Below the pieces are notes generated by a model. That model worked only from the letters and a program-made list of their open reading frames with translations, searched no databases and was not told the origin of the DNA. A stretch of DNA of 64,000 nucleotides from Octopus bimaculoides (taxonomy: Eukaryota), in assembly GCF_001194135.2 (NCBI RefSeq), contig NC_068983.1, forward strand, positions 36,818,439 to 36,882,438. The letters run 5' to 3'. Positions 13,111-26,149 of this stretch are shown in pieces. Both the position numbers and the translations under genes were made by a program. Every line of letters starts with the position of its first letter. Positions within the stretch are counted from its first letter, which is position 1.

Positions 13111-13984
13111 GTGTGCTTTCAGAAATAAGCATACACTTCCTTTTAACTGCTCCAAAGAAGCATAAAGGATGTTGCAGAAGGACTCAGCTGTGAATGCTTC
13201 TTATAACAGAAGCAGCTAAAAGCAAGGTTGATTATACGACGACTCTTCCTTTATCACTTAATTCATTTTATACTCTCTACTCGCTTAACCCTTTACTCTG
13301 AGTTCTAACTGCTGCTTGCTCGTATCGTTATGCCCAAGTGAAATCACACAAACTTTGCTATGGTTGCCTCACTGGATAAAAGTTTCACCAGCGAAATAAC
13401 TGATACTTTTTCAGCCATAAACAAAATATCTCGTTGATGAAACCGATCTGGAAGTCAGTTTCAAACAGAAATGAACGACGACGATGAAGCTAAACCTGAC
13501 GTAAGAGTAGGGGTTTTGTTAGTACACTGGTTCAGAGCCCGGAGAGCCTCCAAGACCAGAAAGTTTTCTTCCAGCTTGCCAGATTTCTCCGGGAGGCCCT
13601 GTTTAGGGATATGTAGAGATTTTTGCTGCTGTTTTATTCTTCATGTATTGCTCATCGGCGTAAAGGTGAAACCTTAGATCTGATGAAAGAGAACAGTTAA
13701 TTATATCGACTGTAGTACCAGACAGGTCACTATTTTAGCAATCCCGAACGATGAAAGGCAAAATTGACCCCCAGCAAGACTTGAACTCCTTCGTGTAAAA
13801 TGGAACACAGAGATTATTCTGCGCTTGTTGAAAAAAAAAATATTTGCAATTTCGTTGTGAAGTCGGATTTCTTAAAGAATAATCATATCGAGTATTTCAT
13901 GTTATGCGGACACAATTTTATGTAGCTTTCAATAAGACATTTACCGGCGGTAATGAATAGAAAATGTGTTTTTGAAAAGGTGCC

Positions 13985-14254
13985 TTGTGCGGCATCTTCA
14001 GCAAGTGTCTTGTACTTATAGCCTCGAACTGACCAATGCCTTGTGAACAAATTTGGTAGATGGAAACTGTGTGGAAGCTCGCTGTGTGTGTGTGTCACAC
14101 CGCTTGACCACTGGTTTTGGCTTGTTTATGTTCCTATAAATTAGCAGTTCGGCAAATGATTCCGATAGAATAAATACCAGACTTTAAAATATGTACAAGG
14201 GTCCATTTGTTCGACTAAACCCTTTCAACGGATGCTCCAGCATGACTGCAGTTC
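13985..14254 (+). mobile_element. SINE family A
   Basis: Core and 3' half present; tail interrupted by the MITE at 14257. Confidence 0.8.
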
Positions 14255-14256
14255 TA

Positions 14257-14383
14257 CAGGGTGTCCATAAAGTCTGGGTACATGGGAATTAACACATACT
14301 TTAAGAAATTATTATTTCTTATATTTATTTGTTTATGTTATGATTTTATTTACTCCATGTACCCAGACTTTGTGGACACCCTG
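14257..14383. mobile_element. Tc1/mariner-type MITE, 127 bp
   Basis: 29-bp TIRs cagggtgtcca(t/c)aaagtctgggtacatgg with 1 mismatch; TA on both sides (14255-56, 14384-85). Confidence 0.92.
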
Positions 14384-14879
14384 TATAACAAACAGTTAAA
14401 AGAAGAAAGGAAGAGAAAACCGCGTGGAATATTATTTGCATGACAGGACCAGAATTTTGGAATGCGTGCTGTTGGTGTTATTAGAAGGAAGTTTGACTGC
14501 TCTTTCTTGCAGGCCAAACCACCAGGCAGAGATTCTGTCATTAATGTACTTTTTTCTATTGGCAGTCAATAAAGGCTGACGCTGACTCAAGTCGATGACG
14601 ACAAACATTGAAATGAATTGTTACAGGTGACAAACAGCCCACGCTAACCTACTTTTTAAAGTAAGTTACAATAAATAATATTCCCGTTAACTTCCCTCAC
14701 ATCGCACTTAACACGCACTATGTTCATACGAAGGCAAGTTAAGCCAGTTAGGCTCCGCTAAAACTATTGTGCAAAAAAAGTGTTAACTTTTGTCCTACGA
14801 ACAAATACTGCTTAACAAAATTATAAATCATTTCCAGTCGATATGCAAAAGTGTAGATTGGAAAATGAATAACATAGGC

Positions 14880-15500
14880 GAAGGCGTGGTAGCGTGCTTA
14901 TTTCCCAACCACATGGTTCCGGGTTCAGTCCCACTGCGTGGTACCTTGGGTAAGTGTCTTCTACTATAGCCTCAGGCCAACTAAAGCCTTGTGAGTGGAT
15001 TTGGTAGACGAAAACTGAAAGAAACCCGTCGTATTTTTACACTTACACACGTTTGTGTTTGTCCAACGACCACTGATTGACAACCGGTCAGTGGTGGCTT
15101 GTGTATAGGCACTGCGGAACTGCAACACCTATTTCCACTCGATATTATCGATAACATTCAATATAATGAGTCCTTTTTTTTCTTTAATTCTTTCTTTATA
15201 CTTGTACATTATATAATCCTTAAGCTAATGTTAGTAGCCATTCCCTAGTTTATGAAATAAATACAAAAATACTTGTATAGAACTGTGCGCTTCACAGTTA
15301 CAGAGACGGCTAACACATTTTTGAAGCAGCACCCCCACTAATTTTATCTATGAGCCGCCACTGCAACCGGTGCTAGTGTGTTTATGTCCCCGTAACATAG
15401 CGGTTCGGCAAAATAAACCAATAAGTACCAGGCTTTAAAAAAAATCAAGTACTGGGATCGATTTGTTCGACTATAAATTCAAGGTGGTGCCCCAGCATGA
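14880..15500 (+). mobile_element. SINE family A split by a hAT MITE
   Basis: Head at about 14880 to gacaaccggt; resumes at caaccggtgctagtgtg and runs to ccagcatg. Confidence 0.85.
15089..15363. mobile_element. hAT-type MITE, 275 bp
   Basis: Perfect 8-bp TSD caaccggt (15081-88, 15364-71); 12-bp TIR cagtgg(t/c)ggct(t/c). Confidence 0.88.
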
Positions 15501-15666
15501 TAAAAAGAAAACTTTTGTAATTATAGATCGCAGAAATTTACACAATCGCTAAAGCAAATATATGAATGGCATTGTATTGATTAGAAAGAAAAAAGAATTA
15601 TCTCAATCAGACCAGAAAATGCCATGCTTTCTTCACTTTGGAACGGATTTCAGGTTTCTGAAGAAT

Positions 15667-16092
15667 CTTTTTCTACTCTAGGCACAAGGCCCGAAATTTT
15701 GAGGGAGGGGGCCAGTCAATGAGATCGACCCCAGGACGCACCTGGTACTTAATTTATCGACCCCGAAAGGATGAAAGGCAAAGTCGACTTCGGCGGAATT
15801 TGAACTCAGAACTCAGACGAAATATTGCTAAGCATTTCACCCGGCGTGCTAACGTTTCTTATTTCTTTATTGCCCAGAAGGGGCAAAACACAGAGAGTAC
15901 AAACAAGGACAGACAAAGGGATTAAGTCGATTACATCGACCCCAGTGCGTAACTGGTACTTAATTTATCGACCCCAAAAGGATGAAAAGCAAAGTCGACC
16001 TCGGCGGAATTTGAACTCAGAACGTAACGGCAGACAAAATACCGCTAAGTATTTCGCCCGGCGTGCTAACGTTTCTGCCAGCTCACCGCCTT
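15667..16092 (-). mobile_element. Dimeric SINE family B with 15-bp TSD
   Basis: Two B monomers with different tails; aggtttctgaagaat at 15652-15666 and 16093-16107. Confidence 0.9.
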
Positions 16093-16124
16093 AGGTTTCT
16101 GAAGAATAGAATAAAAATTAAAGA

Positions 16125-16470
16125 CGTGGGCATGTGGTTAAGACGCTTGCTTCCTAGCCACATTGTTTCGGGTTCAGTTCCATTCTGTGGCACTTTGAAC
16201 AAATGTCTTCTGCTATAGTCCTGGGTCGATCAAAGCCTTGTGAACGAATTCGGTAGTGGGAAACTGAAAGAAGCTGTGTGTGTGTGTATGCTTGTGTTCC
16301 TAGTCTTGACATAACATTTCCGATATTCTGTGAAAACATGTCTAGTCATGTGTGGATAAAACCCTGTTTGAAAAAAAGGTGAGAGTTGATGACAGGAAGA
16401 GCATCCTGCTGTACAAAACATGCCTCGGGAACCCATGTAAGCATGGAAAAATGGGCGTTAAAACGATGGT
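16125..16470 (+). mobile_element. SINE family A 5' half plus RTE-like tail fragment
   Basis: ggcatgtggttaagacgcttgcttcctagccac... followed by ggaagagcatcc...gcatggaaaa. Confidence 0.7.
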
Positions 16471-17948
16471 GGAGATGGTAGTAGACTAACAAACCTAAAT
16501 CATTCAACTGAAAATTGTTCCATCCTGTCCCAGTTTGGACACGGATCCTATTGTCTAAACTACAATATTTTCGCTTATTCCATTATCCATGGATTATGGA
16601 CATTGCTCTTGCAAAGGGGATATGGTAGGAAGCACTGAACCCTAGTTTAAAATAGACTTATGGTTCAAAAACTTTTTATATGGATTTGTTTTGCCTGATA
16701 CAGAAGATATAAATCAATAAAGGATGGAAGCATTTTTTAAATAATAGTTTTTGTTAAAAAGGACATTAGCAGCGTAAATAAAATAGTGATAACCGGAAAT
16801 AAGAAATATGGTTGAAGATTAGATTTCAGGAGAACTTATTTCTTAACAACACCCAGCTCTAAATCAGAAAATATAGGAAAAAAAGTGCTATATAGAAGTT
16901 GAAAATGGCGCTTTCATTTACATTGTAATACTTGAACACGTCATAGAGTTGATGTATCCTGGGATCATTTGGTGTTTCGGGTCTCAAAACATATACCCTC
17001 AGCCAGGCGACTTCACCGAGGTTGATCAAGCTTAGCCCCGTTTCCAAGCTGCATTCTGCTGATCCCCACCACACAATCATCGCTTTCCACCCAAAGCCAC
17101 TTAGATGGGGGTTTTTTAACAGCCTCTACGTTGTTCTCGATGGTTCTTCTGTTCACTAAAGTAAGGCATATTTTTACGTACAGAGAGGAATAATTATTAA
17201 CCCTCTTTAAATTAAAATCTGGACCCAACAACACCGTCATTAAGATTAAGGCTCTTAATTAGAGTCGAGCTATATGTGCAGATCTCGCATTCTACACTAG
17301 ACTTCATGCCATCGTCATCACAAATTCATTGAAAACATTGGTTTCTTTTTATAAGATGCATTCAACCGGAACAGAATGTCAAGGTACAGAATCAAATAGA
17401 TACATGAACGACTGTTTTGAAATACGAGTTCCTGGTGTTGTGCTTCGGGAGCTAATCGAAGGTTGACTCAGTGATATTCAAAGAGAGTCAAATCATTGGA
17501 AGTTTCATTCAAATATTCGAAGTTACTGAAGAACTCGTTGACATGTATGACATAATCCGCTTCCGCTTTGTCGAAGATTCTAATAACGGACAAATCAGAG
17601 CAAAGTCTTAAGATTCTTCTGTAAAAGGAAGGGCTGTTGAATTTGAACGAGTCTGTGCTTGAATTTAAGGAATTCTTTTATTATTAACAGTAAAACGAAA
17701 GCTTTTGAATTCTCTGACGAAGTATCTAAGAAAGAGCAAACTCATGTAAACCCATCCCAAATGTTTCATAACCAAAAGTAAAATTGTTTCAAATAAAGTC
17801 AAGATGCAATGAATAAATAAATAAATGGAATGAAGTTCACTCGAATATTTGTTTTTATTGAAAGCCATTATTTAGAAAAACAATGTTTCATACAAAATAA
17901 ATATGAAAGAAATAAAACAATAATCTCATAAATAAAAAGAAAACTTAC

Positions 17949-18170
17949 CGCGAACATCATGGTTGCATTGTTAAAGGTTGAAATAAACTTCTAGATTTTA
18001 AGTTCTAGCGAAGTAGCTGTGTGAATTAGGAGGGCAAGAATTTCATTTGAGATGTTCTGTCCTTTCAATAATGAGGTTCGTTATCATTTGAATGGAAGGG
18101 GGAGATAAATACTAGATCTCTTTGCAGGCGACAGGTGTGGTCGATAAAATTGATGTTAAACTTCTGCAGA
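17949..18170 (-). other. Candidate spliced exon, mostly non-coding
   Basis: Minus-strand acceptor ttttcttatttgcttattctctcccag and donor gcg|gtaagt; stops in all three frames. Confidence 0.25.
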
Positions 18171-18359
18171 CTGGGAGAGAATAAGCAAATAAGAAAACTG
18201 CGAATGTGGGTAGGAAGGATTTGTTGAAGTTTGGAAATTAAGGTTAAGATGGGATGTCAAATGACAGAGAAGTGATAAATGGGTGCGTTGGGTGGGCGTT
18301 CTTAAAGTTGGTATATAGCTTGGTACTTCAGAGAAAAGCCATTATGGCGTCGGTGATAG

Positions 18360-19190
18360 TGAGTGAGTGAGTGAGGAGTAGGGGGACAGAAGGAGGGTGA
18401 GGAGAGAGAGGAAGAAGAATAAAGAGGGAGAGAGACAGAGAGATGATAGGAAATATGAAAGGGAGAAGAGAGAGAGAGGAGTAGAGTGAGAGAAAAGGCG
18501 GCTGGACAAAGAGAGAAAGAAGAATAAAGAGAGAGAGAGAGAAAAGCATGGGAATAGCGAGGAAGAGGAGCAGAAAGAGTGAGAAAAGGAGGGGTGGACA
18601 GAGAGATGCTAGAAGAAGGGTTAACAAAAAAATAGAAATTGGAATATAAAAAGGTGCTTAACGGGAGAAAGATAAGTAATGGGAAAGAAAGGGTTAGGAT
18701 TACAGAGGATGGGAGAGGGAAAAATAGCACGTCAGCAGAATAGTGGTGATAGGGTATTGGTAAAGGAGAACAAACCAATCAGCTGGATGGTCTTCTAGGA
18801 TGTGTATGTGCGTGTGTATGTGTCTGCATGCGTGCATGTGCGTGCTCACCCATATGGACAGTATCTTGATATAGGACAGTATCTTGATATAGGACAACGC
18901 TGTGTGCGGAAGTGAGAGAGAGAGAGTAGAGAGAAAGAGGAGAGGGAAGAGAGAGAGGAGAGAGAGAAAGTGGAGAGAGAAGAGGAAGAGAGAAAGAAGA
19001 GGAAGAGAGAAAGAGAAGAGAAGAGAAAGAGGCGAGAGAGAGAAGAAAGGAGAAACAGAAAAGAGAGGAGGAGATAGGAGAGAAAAGGAAAGATATAAAA
19101 GAGAGAGAGAGATGACAGAAAGAGAGAGATGACAGAAAGAGNNNNNNNNNNAGAGGAGACGGGGAGAGGAGGAGAGGAGACGGGGAGAGA
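18360..19190. repeat. Purine-rich (GA) low-complexity tracts; 18-bp tandem ggacagtatcttgatata at about 18857-18897
   Basis: Direct inspection. Confidence 0.9.
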
Positions 19191-19665
19191 AAAATGTGTA
19201 CGTATAGGTTTGAGTGTGCGCGCGCGTCCCCACATGGTAAGAAGTGATGGCATAAGTTTGACTAAAGTACAAGAGGAGGAGGAGAAAAACAACTGAACCT
19301 GGGGCCCCCGGGGTGGCTAGAACAATTATGAAAAGATGGGACAATAAAAACTGTTGTCCAGATGTATTATTGTTGTCCACCGCCGCTATATCACCTCTAC
19401 ACTATGAAACAATGAAAAAACAGTAAGAGTAACCCAGATATTGCTGTAAAAATATACACAATCTTTATGTCTTTATGATTCTTCTTTTCTTTTTTTTTTA
19501 ATTAGGAATGAATCGATAATTAATTATGTCTATTTTCCGACATTGCTACTGTTGGAATAAAGTTCAATAACTGATTGGAGAAAAATAATGAATAAATAAT
19601 ACAAAGATCGATTTTGAACAACGACAGTATTTTCCTCTTGAAATTTGTTCACTTGATGACGGTGT

Positions 19666-19764
19666 AAAATCGGTAATTTCCGGTGACGTTGGTAGTTTGA
19701 GATCGGTAATCTCCGGTGATATTGGTGGTTTGAGGTCGATAATCTCCGTTGACGTCGGTAATAT
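19666..19764. repeat. 33-bp minisatellite, 3 diverged units
   Basis: aaaatcggtaatttccggtgacgttggtagttt / gagatcggtaatctccggtgatattggtggttt / gaggtcgataatctccgttgacgtcggtaatat. Confidence 0.9.
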
Positions 19765-20415
19765 TCAACTACCTCTATACCTTTGTCACTGATAGTAATG
19801 ATCACTCAGTGACTGGGGTATAGGGCAGTTGATAAAAACCCGTAACAACGATAACAACAGCCGTATCTTCAAGTAAGCGTCGGTCAAGGAAAAGACGACC
19901 AAAGTCTAGCGATAAATTCGTGATCCAGTACCGAAACTTATATTCCGTTTTCAATCCAGTTGCCATCTTAAGAGTTACTAAATTGAAATACAGTTTAAAA
20001 CAGAAAAAAAAATAAGACATTTCACTCCATTACATTGAGCAAACTATCAGAGAGAGAGAGAGAGAGAAAGCAAAAGAGATAGAGGTATAGAGAGAGAGAG
20101 AAAGAGAGATAAAGGGGGGGGGGGGCACCGGATGATTACGACTAAGGATGGTTCACACTAGTTGTTCTGTGAATGAGCTACTGAGTTGCTTTAAAGACAA
20201 GCGGCGCCAGGTCAAACACGTCCCAGACACTCAAATCACAATCACTTCAATATTTTTATCGATGGTGGCCTAGATTCACAGTCGCCTCTTATTTTTACAC
20301 CAGGATATATGTAAGCTATTGACAATTGTGTTGCCAGGAGGTCACATTGTACAGAGCCTAACTTCCAGATTTTAAGATACGATAAATTGTCTAGTCTAAT
20401 TTTTCTTTGTCACAG

Positions 20416-20481
20416 ATACACATTACAAAATCATTGTTTACTATACACACAACCAGGATATGGTCTTTTCCCTCAATCACA
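20416..20481 (+). CDS. Candidate 66-nt phase 1-1 exon (xTHYKIIVYYTHNQDMVFSLNH)
   Basis: Branch-like ctaat, tract ttttctttgtcacag, donor gtacgt; length divisible by 3. All three frames are open. Confidence 0.3.
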
Positions 20482-22094
20482 GTACGTAATCTAAAGTCGC
20501 TGATATTTTCAGTGGGATTTGAACAATGAATTAGTATATTTACCGGTTCGATTTCCAGCCGTTACCAAATGTCGTATTCCTAGATGTGTACACTATCCAA
20601 GACTGGATTCTAATTAGAAATCTTTATTTCTAAACAAACTGCAGCGTTGGCTTTTTTTCTGTGGCTTATTCAGAGAAGGAAAGGCAACACCAATGACGAT
20701 ATTGCGGAGCCTCCAAGATTAGAGAGGGGGAAAATAAGAAACTACAAATTATAAATTACCTTCTGGCTAGAGGCCTAGGAGTCGGGAGGTGTTAAAACGA
20801 AAAACAGACTTAGAAATTTATAATTGGCAAGTCGGCTTTCTTGTTCAATTATATATTTATCGATGCTAAAATTGATATCAACTCGTCAATACTTACAATT
20901 AAAATAATAAGATGACGAGAACAAATTTGGACAAAGCTGAAAGGTGGATAATTCGTACCCTGCCACCATAGCTGTTATATTGCACTCCGCAAAGCTTAAA
21001 TTAAAGATTCCAGCTACACAACTGTAATTAGATAGCACTGGGAATAGTTAAACAGTGGGAGCACTAAGTAAAGAGTGTTTTGCTAGTTGGCACCGATGAG
21101 CTCAAATTCTTGTGGGAACAAAATCTTAGAAAAGCTAGGATTATGATGAGAAAGGGGAAGGGAGGAGAAAGGAGAGGGAAAAGAGAGAGGGTGAGATAAG
21201 AGTCAGATAAATCGCTTAACCGCCTGATACCCTGAAAAACTGGTAGGAAGTTTCCGAAGACAGTCACAGCTTCTATCCAGTAACTACAGTGAATAGGAAA
21301 ATGGGGGGGGNNNNNNNNNNGGGGGGGGAGTTGGATGGAGTGAACTTGGCATTCTTTAATAGGCCTACCCGACAGTTTGTTTTTCATTTGCACCAAAATT
21401 TTGTTGCTGAATTCTAAAACATTGGGGAAAAAAATGAATAAACAAGTAAATAAAATTGCACATTCAAACATTCCTTTATGGCTTTCAATAGTTGAAATTA
21501 CGAAACCACTCCCAGAAGTTAAAGTTAGTAGGGTCATGTTCTGAAGTTAATGTCAAATGACTTAAGTAATGACAAGGGCGAAATGGTAAACGAGGGAATT
21601 TGAAAAGAAATAAATATTAGAAAATAAATAAGGCGGGAAAAGTAAGCAATTCACAGATTTAAATCTTATTTTGTATTTTGAGAATTAAGTTTCTTAAAAT
21701 TCGAATTGTTTACGAAAATCTGGTAGTCCATGAGATGAAATTAACTTCCCCATGAATACAAACGGTTTGAGTAAATAGAGGCACAGGACTAAGGAATATA
21801 AGCAGTAGGTTAGGTGAGAACAGGAATCAGCTCATATAAGGTGAATATGCCTTTCTTTAGAATATTAACGATGGATTTATAGACAGAAGCATCCAGGAGA
21901 AAGAGAAATGCGAAGTTGTGGCGTTTATGTTTTCTTTCCAAATTAATTAGCGATATGAGTAATATGTAGCTATCTGAAAACGTCTCGCCAGTTCTACTAA
22001 CAAAGAGTTTTCATCTTGCTATAAGAGGCACGCTATTTATTTCAGTAATAATATCTGATTTTTGCACAAGGCAATCAATTCTGAGGATGGCGGG

Positions 22095-22230
22095 TTAGTC
22101 GACACCATCAACCCCAGTTTTGGACTTGTTCTTTATTTCATCGACCCCGGATTTGAACTCAGAATACAAACCATCGGAACAAATACCACAAAGCATTTTT
22201 TTCCGACCCTCTAACGATTCTGCTAGCTCG

Positions 22231-22235
<5 letters not shown>
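22095..22235 (-). mobile_element. SINE family B, decayed
   Basis: ggatttgaactcagaa...ctaacgattctgctagctcg. Confidence 0.65.
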
Positions 22236-22277
<42 letters not shown>

Positions 22278-22279
22278 CA

Positions 22280-22315
<36 letters not shown>

Positions 22316-22346
22316 TATATATCAGTAATAACGTTTAACAAATGTA

Positions 22347-22605
22347 TTAACCTTGTCATGTTAATTTTGGAGTGGGTAAGTGAAATACATTATTTACGAC
22401 TTTTAATTAATTTTGAAAATAAGCAAGAATTTGGTGGGATTTAGTAAAATAGAATTGCGATTAGTAATTTAGTGTTCGAAACATGAAAAACGTTACCTAG
22501 AATTATGTTGAAAGGTTTTAATTTAGATAAAAAACATTTCGAAAACAAATTTTTGTTCCATTGAAACAGGAACAGTTTCATGCGGATTGTTATCAAAAGT
22601 GTTAA
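22347..22605. mobile_element. TTAA-bounded (piggyBac-type) MITE, decayed
   Basis: ttaaccttgtc ... gttatcaaaagtgttaa; TTAA at both ends; family assignment by recall. Confidence 0.5.
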
Positions 22606-23893
22606 TGCAAAATGGTTTTATGTGACTTGCCCAAAGATAAGATGCAATGCCTTAAGAAAGACGAGCTCAAGATCTGAACCACAGAACAATAATATAAGGT
22701 AAACATTTGTGTACTGAGATTGCTGCTCTATTCGATCTCCAAATGCTGGAGTCGAGGTTTCAGGTTGCGGGGCAACTCTGTAGTGTTTCGTCCCCTTCCA
22801 CTGCGACACAGGAGCGTCCTAGGACTACCCACCGATGGTGACAAAACTCCCACACAGCAGCACGAGCTCCGTCGAGTCAAGTGTTGTGACTTTAGACTAG
22901 ATGTTTCTACCATCTTCGATGCTCGTTCTTGCTACACCACTGGTCTTCTCTCGAAGATAAACTCATGATCTAAACCCACCCAACAATAATTAGATAATTG
23001 TTATTTGTACAGATATGAAAGAAGGACTAAGAGAGGAGAGAAAATGCTTTAGTTGTGACATTCATATTTTTCAGAAAGGCATTAGTAGTGTTAGCAAAAT
23101 AAAACAGCTCAAAATCGAGAATCTAATCAAAGCCAACTTGTGGTCTACGTGCTCGTAATATATTATAACTCAAGGCCCTTTCATTGTAAAACGAAACAGT
23201 TTTATTTCATCCAGACATATCATGCATGTCTTAAACACGATGATAATGCAAGATGTTATGTTTAGATTAACCCTGATCAAGCAGACTTGTGACAAAAGAT
23301 TTTTTAGCCATGACTATCTCATTTTTGTGAGGTAATCTAAGACTACATTCTCTATTCTATTCCTTCTTTGAAGAACGATGGTGTGTGATTTGAGAAATTT
23401 GACAACTATTTTTAGCTAGTTGCTTTTTCATGGGCTCCTGACCGCGGGGCTTCGTATGTCTTATAGATTTGTCAATCTGATAAGGGTCAGTCAAGGGTTA
23501 AATATATAACTCAGAAATCCTCTGTGCAGTCGCTCAAGCCTCTTTAAATAGCAGCTAAATTTCCTCATTTTACATTCTACCGTCTCAAATTTGGAAAGGA
23601 CGACATTGGACAATGTAGTCCTATATATGTATATATATTGGACTACAAGGTAAACTGGGAGAAAACTGTCTAGAAGGCAGTGTTTATTTTACCATGATAT
23701 AATTTAAAATATCAAAAGAAATACTGCAAGTTTACTAGCTTAGGCCCATATTTTAAGGGAAACAAGCAGAATTCTGAATTTTGAAACAAAATTGTAAAGA
23801 CATTTAGTTTTAAAATAAGACAAGCTTAAACATACAATGCAAGCATACGCATGTACATACATACATGTGTGTAGACAAATGTGTACTTATACG

Positions 23894-23924
<31 letters not shown>

Positions 23925-25525
23925 CACTTTTTTATAACATACATTTAAAACAATGTCATGCATAGGATATAACCACCCATAATTATGTGTGCGCATGCAT
24001 ATTATATATGCATGTGCAAGCATATTATGTGTGCATGCATATATAATTAGTAGCACGGATACAAACAATCAAAGTCATTTACATTTTGAAATGATACAAG
24101 GCCACCACTACACCCTTATTCGGATTTTGAGATAACGAAGAATGTCTTCTAACAAAACATAAGACTTAGAAAATCAAAAAGTAATCAAACATCTTTTATC
24201 AACTAACAGCAGTCGCATCAGTTTGTCTTAGTATTTCTTTTTTCTCTTTTTTTTTTATAGAAAAGAAAATGAAATTTCCATTACATGCCATTAGGAAAAA
24301 ATTTCCAAAATGTGTATCGACCATGCATAACAGAATAGAATAGAAATTATCTATAAATTCGTCGTTTAAAGCGTGCATAGATTTATATAAAACATTCCTG
24401 TAAAATACAGTTTACATTCATAAAATATATTCGATGTTATACTTCTATGTGCAGTCATAGGCAAAAGTTGGTATTGTGAGACGTGTGTGTGTGTGTATTT
24501 ATTCAACCTAACATACCTACTCAATCCTAAATATCAATAAATTGCTTTCATACATTTATTTATTTAGTTAGTTTCCTTTGTTTATTTCTTAAGTGTTTTC
24601 TTGTTAGAAGCCATTAGTTTTTGTCTGTGCAATTATTAATTTATTGTTAGTATTTACCGCCAAGAATACATCAACCTCATTGGCTAATAATGTGATGACG
24701 ATTAACCATTTCGTTCTGAGTAATGTCAGCTTTTAATTTCTTTGTCGCAAGACTTGCGTGCTTCAAATGACTAATAACAAGCAATAATTTCTTTCTTTGC
24801 CACAAGGGAACCAAAAATAAATAAATAAATAAATAAATAAATAAAGGATGTTTAAAAAAAACAGGAAAAAGGAGTGCTCAGTGGATTTTTAAATGAAATT
24901 ATGAAAAATATGGTTTTATACAAAAATGTAAATAGATACTTACGAAAAGAAAAATACATGACCATACAGAGTAGATGGATGCATACCAAAATAGGACTGC
25001 TCTAAACATAAGACAAATATTTTCTGTCAGTTCTAGCCTGTAACTTAATAGACTGATAGGACGTTTCGCCCACGTCAAAAATAGCCAGCATCACACACAC
25101 ACATTTCAGAAACCCTTGCCCAAAAGGAAGGCTCCGCCACCTGACCCTCCTTTTATGTACTACTAACACTTGAAAGTTACGATGCAATAATAATACTCAA
25201 AGGAGAATAAAGGTGGTCTCACTAGAATAGAAAAGAAGAATTGTCTTCTTTTCCGAGTAGTGGGCGCCGAATAACATTTGCAGTGTCAGAAAGAAAGGGC
25301 ACTCGAGAGAAAATTGGCTAAGCAGAATGAAAATGCTTTCGGGTCCCGGAAGGTGAAGAACTTTCAAAAACTGAAGGGGCAATGAGATTTTAGGCAGAGG
25401 TCAGGCAAATAGTTACAGGGTTTTTGCGAGCCCCGGTTGAGCAAGCCCTCTTATAAACCCTCGTCAAAGGCTCATAGCCAAGACTAGGGATGAGTATGAT
25501 ACATAACTGATACTTATTTTAGCAG

Positions 25526-25570
25526 TCACAGAGGAAATAGTAGCAAAGCCCACCCAGGTAAAGTCAGAAG
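25526..25570 (+). CDS. Candidate 45-nt phase 1-1 exon (xTEEIVAKPTQVKSE)
   Basis: tacttattttagcag NAGNAG acceptor; gaag|gtacgt donor. Confidence 0.28.
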
Positions 25571-26149
25571 GTACGTCCTTTATACATAGATATTTTGACC
25601 CTTAACTATCATTGCCTGCCTCATCACTACCCTTTATCTAAATGATTATTTCTAAACTAAGCATTTAATTAGCTCAGAATAATCGACTTAAATCCGAGTG
25701 TTTGACGGCTATTTAATGTATCAAGTGGGAAGTAGGTGATGTTAGGGTAAGTTGAAGACAAAGCTAGTGGGATTCACTAAGCATAGCTAGAGTGTGTGCC
25801 GCCTGGGGCGTCCCTTCCGTTTGTCTCCCCAGACCCCACAAAAAAAACATTGCCTAGAGTAGACCCAAAAGTGCTGCCAGGGGAGGACTGCCCCTACGCT
25901 AGTGGTGGGATTTGAATTTGGAACGTGAAGTGGTATAACTAAATTCTGCAACATTTTGTTCGGAGCTGGATCACCGTTTCGGCCGCAAATGAAGAATAAT
26001 TTCTAAAATCAGTTTTTAAAATAAAAATGGTGATTTTCAACAATCGAAATTAACTTCTTTTTAATATAATTCAGTAGCTTATATTACGTAATATATAGCT
26101 AGTAAAGTTATCTTCTTGAATGTTTAATTTTTCAACTATAATAATTATT

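Noticed and set aside
14628-14661. 34-nt exon-like segment (DKQPTLTYFL) with a GTAAGT donor
   Set aside because: Weak acceptor, and it cannot be joined unambiguously to other candidates.
19580-19660. EQRQYFPLEIC resembling the Argonaute PAZ YLPLEVC motif
   Set aside because: Too short, no splice sites, and the flanks do not match PAZ.
22720-22970. GC-richer segment with overlapping ORFs on both strands
   Set aside because: No splice signals or motif that favour one frame.
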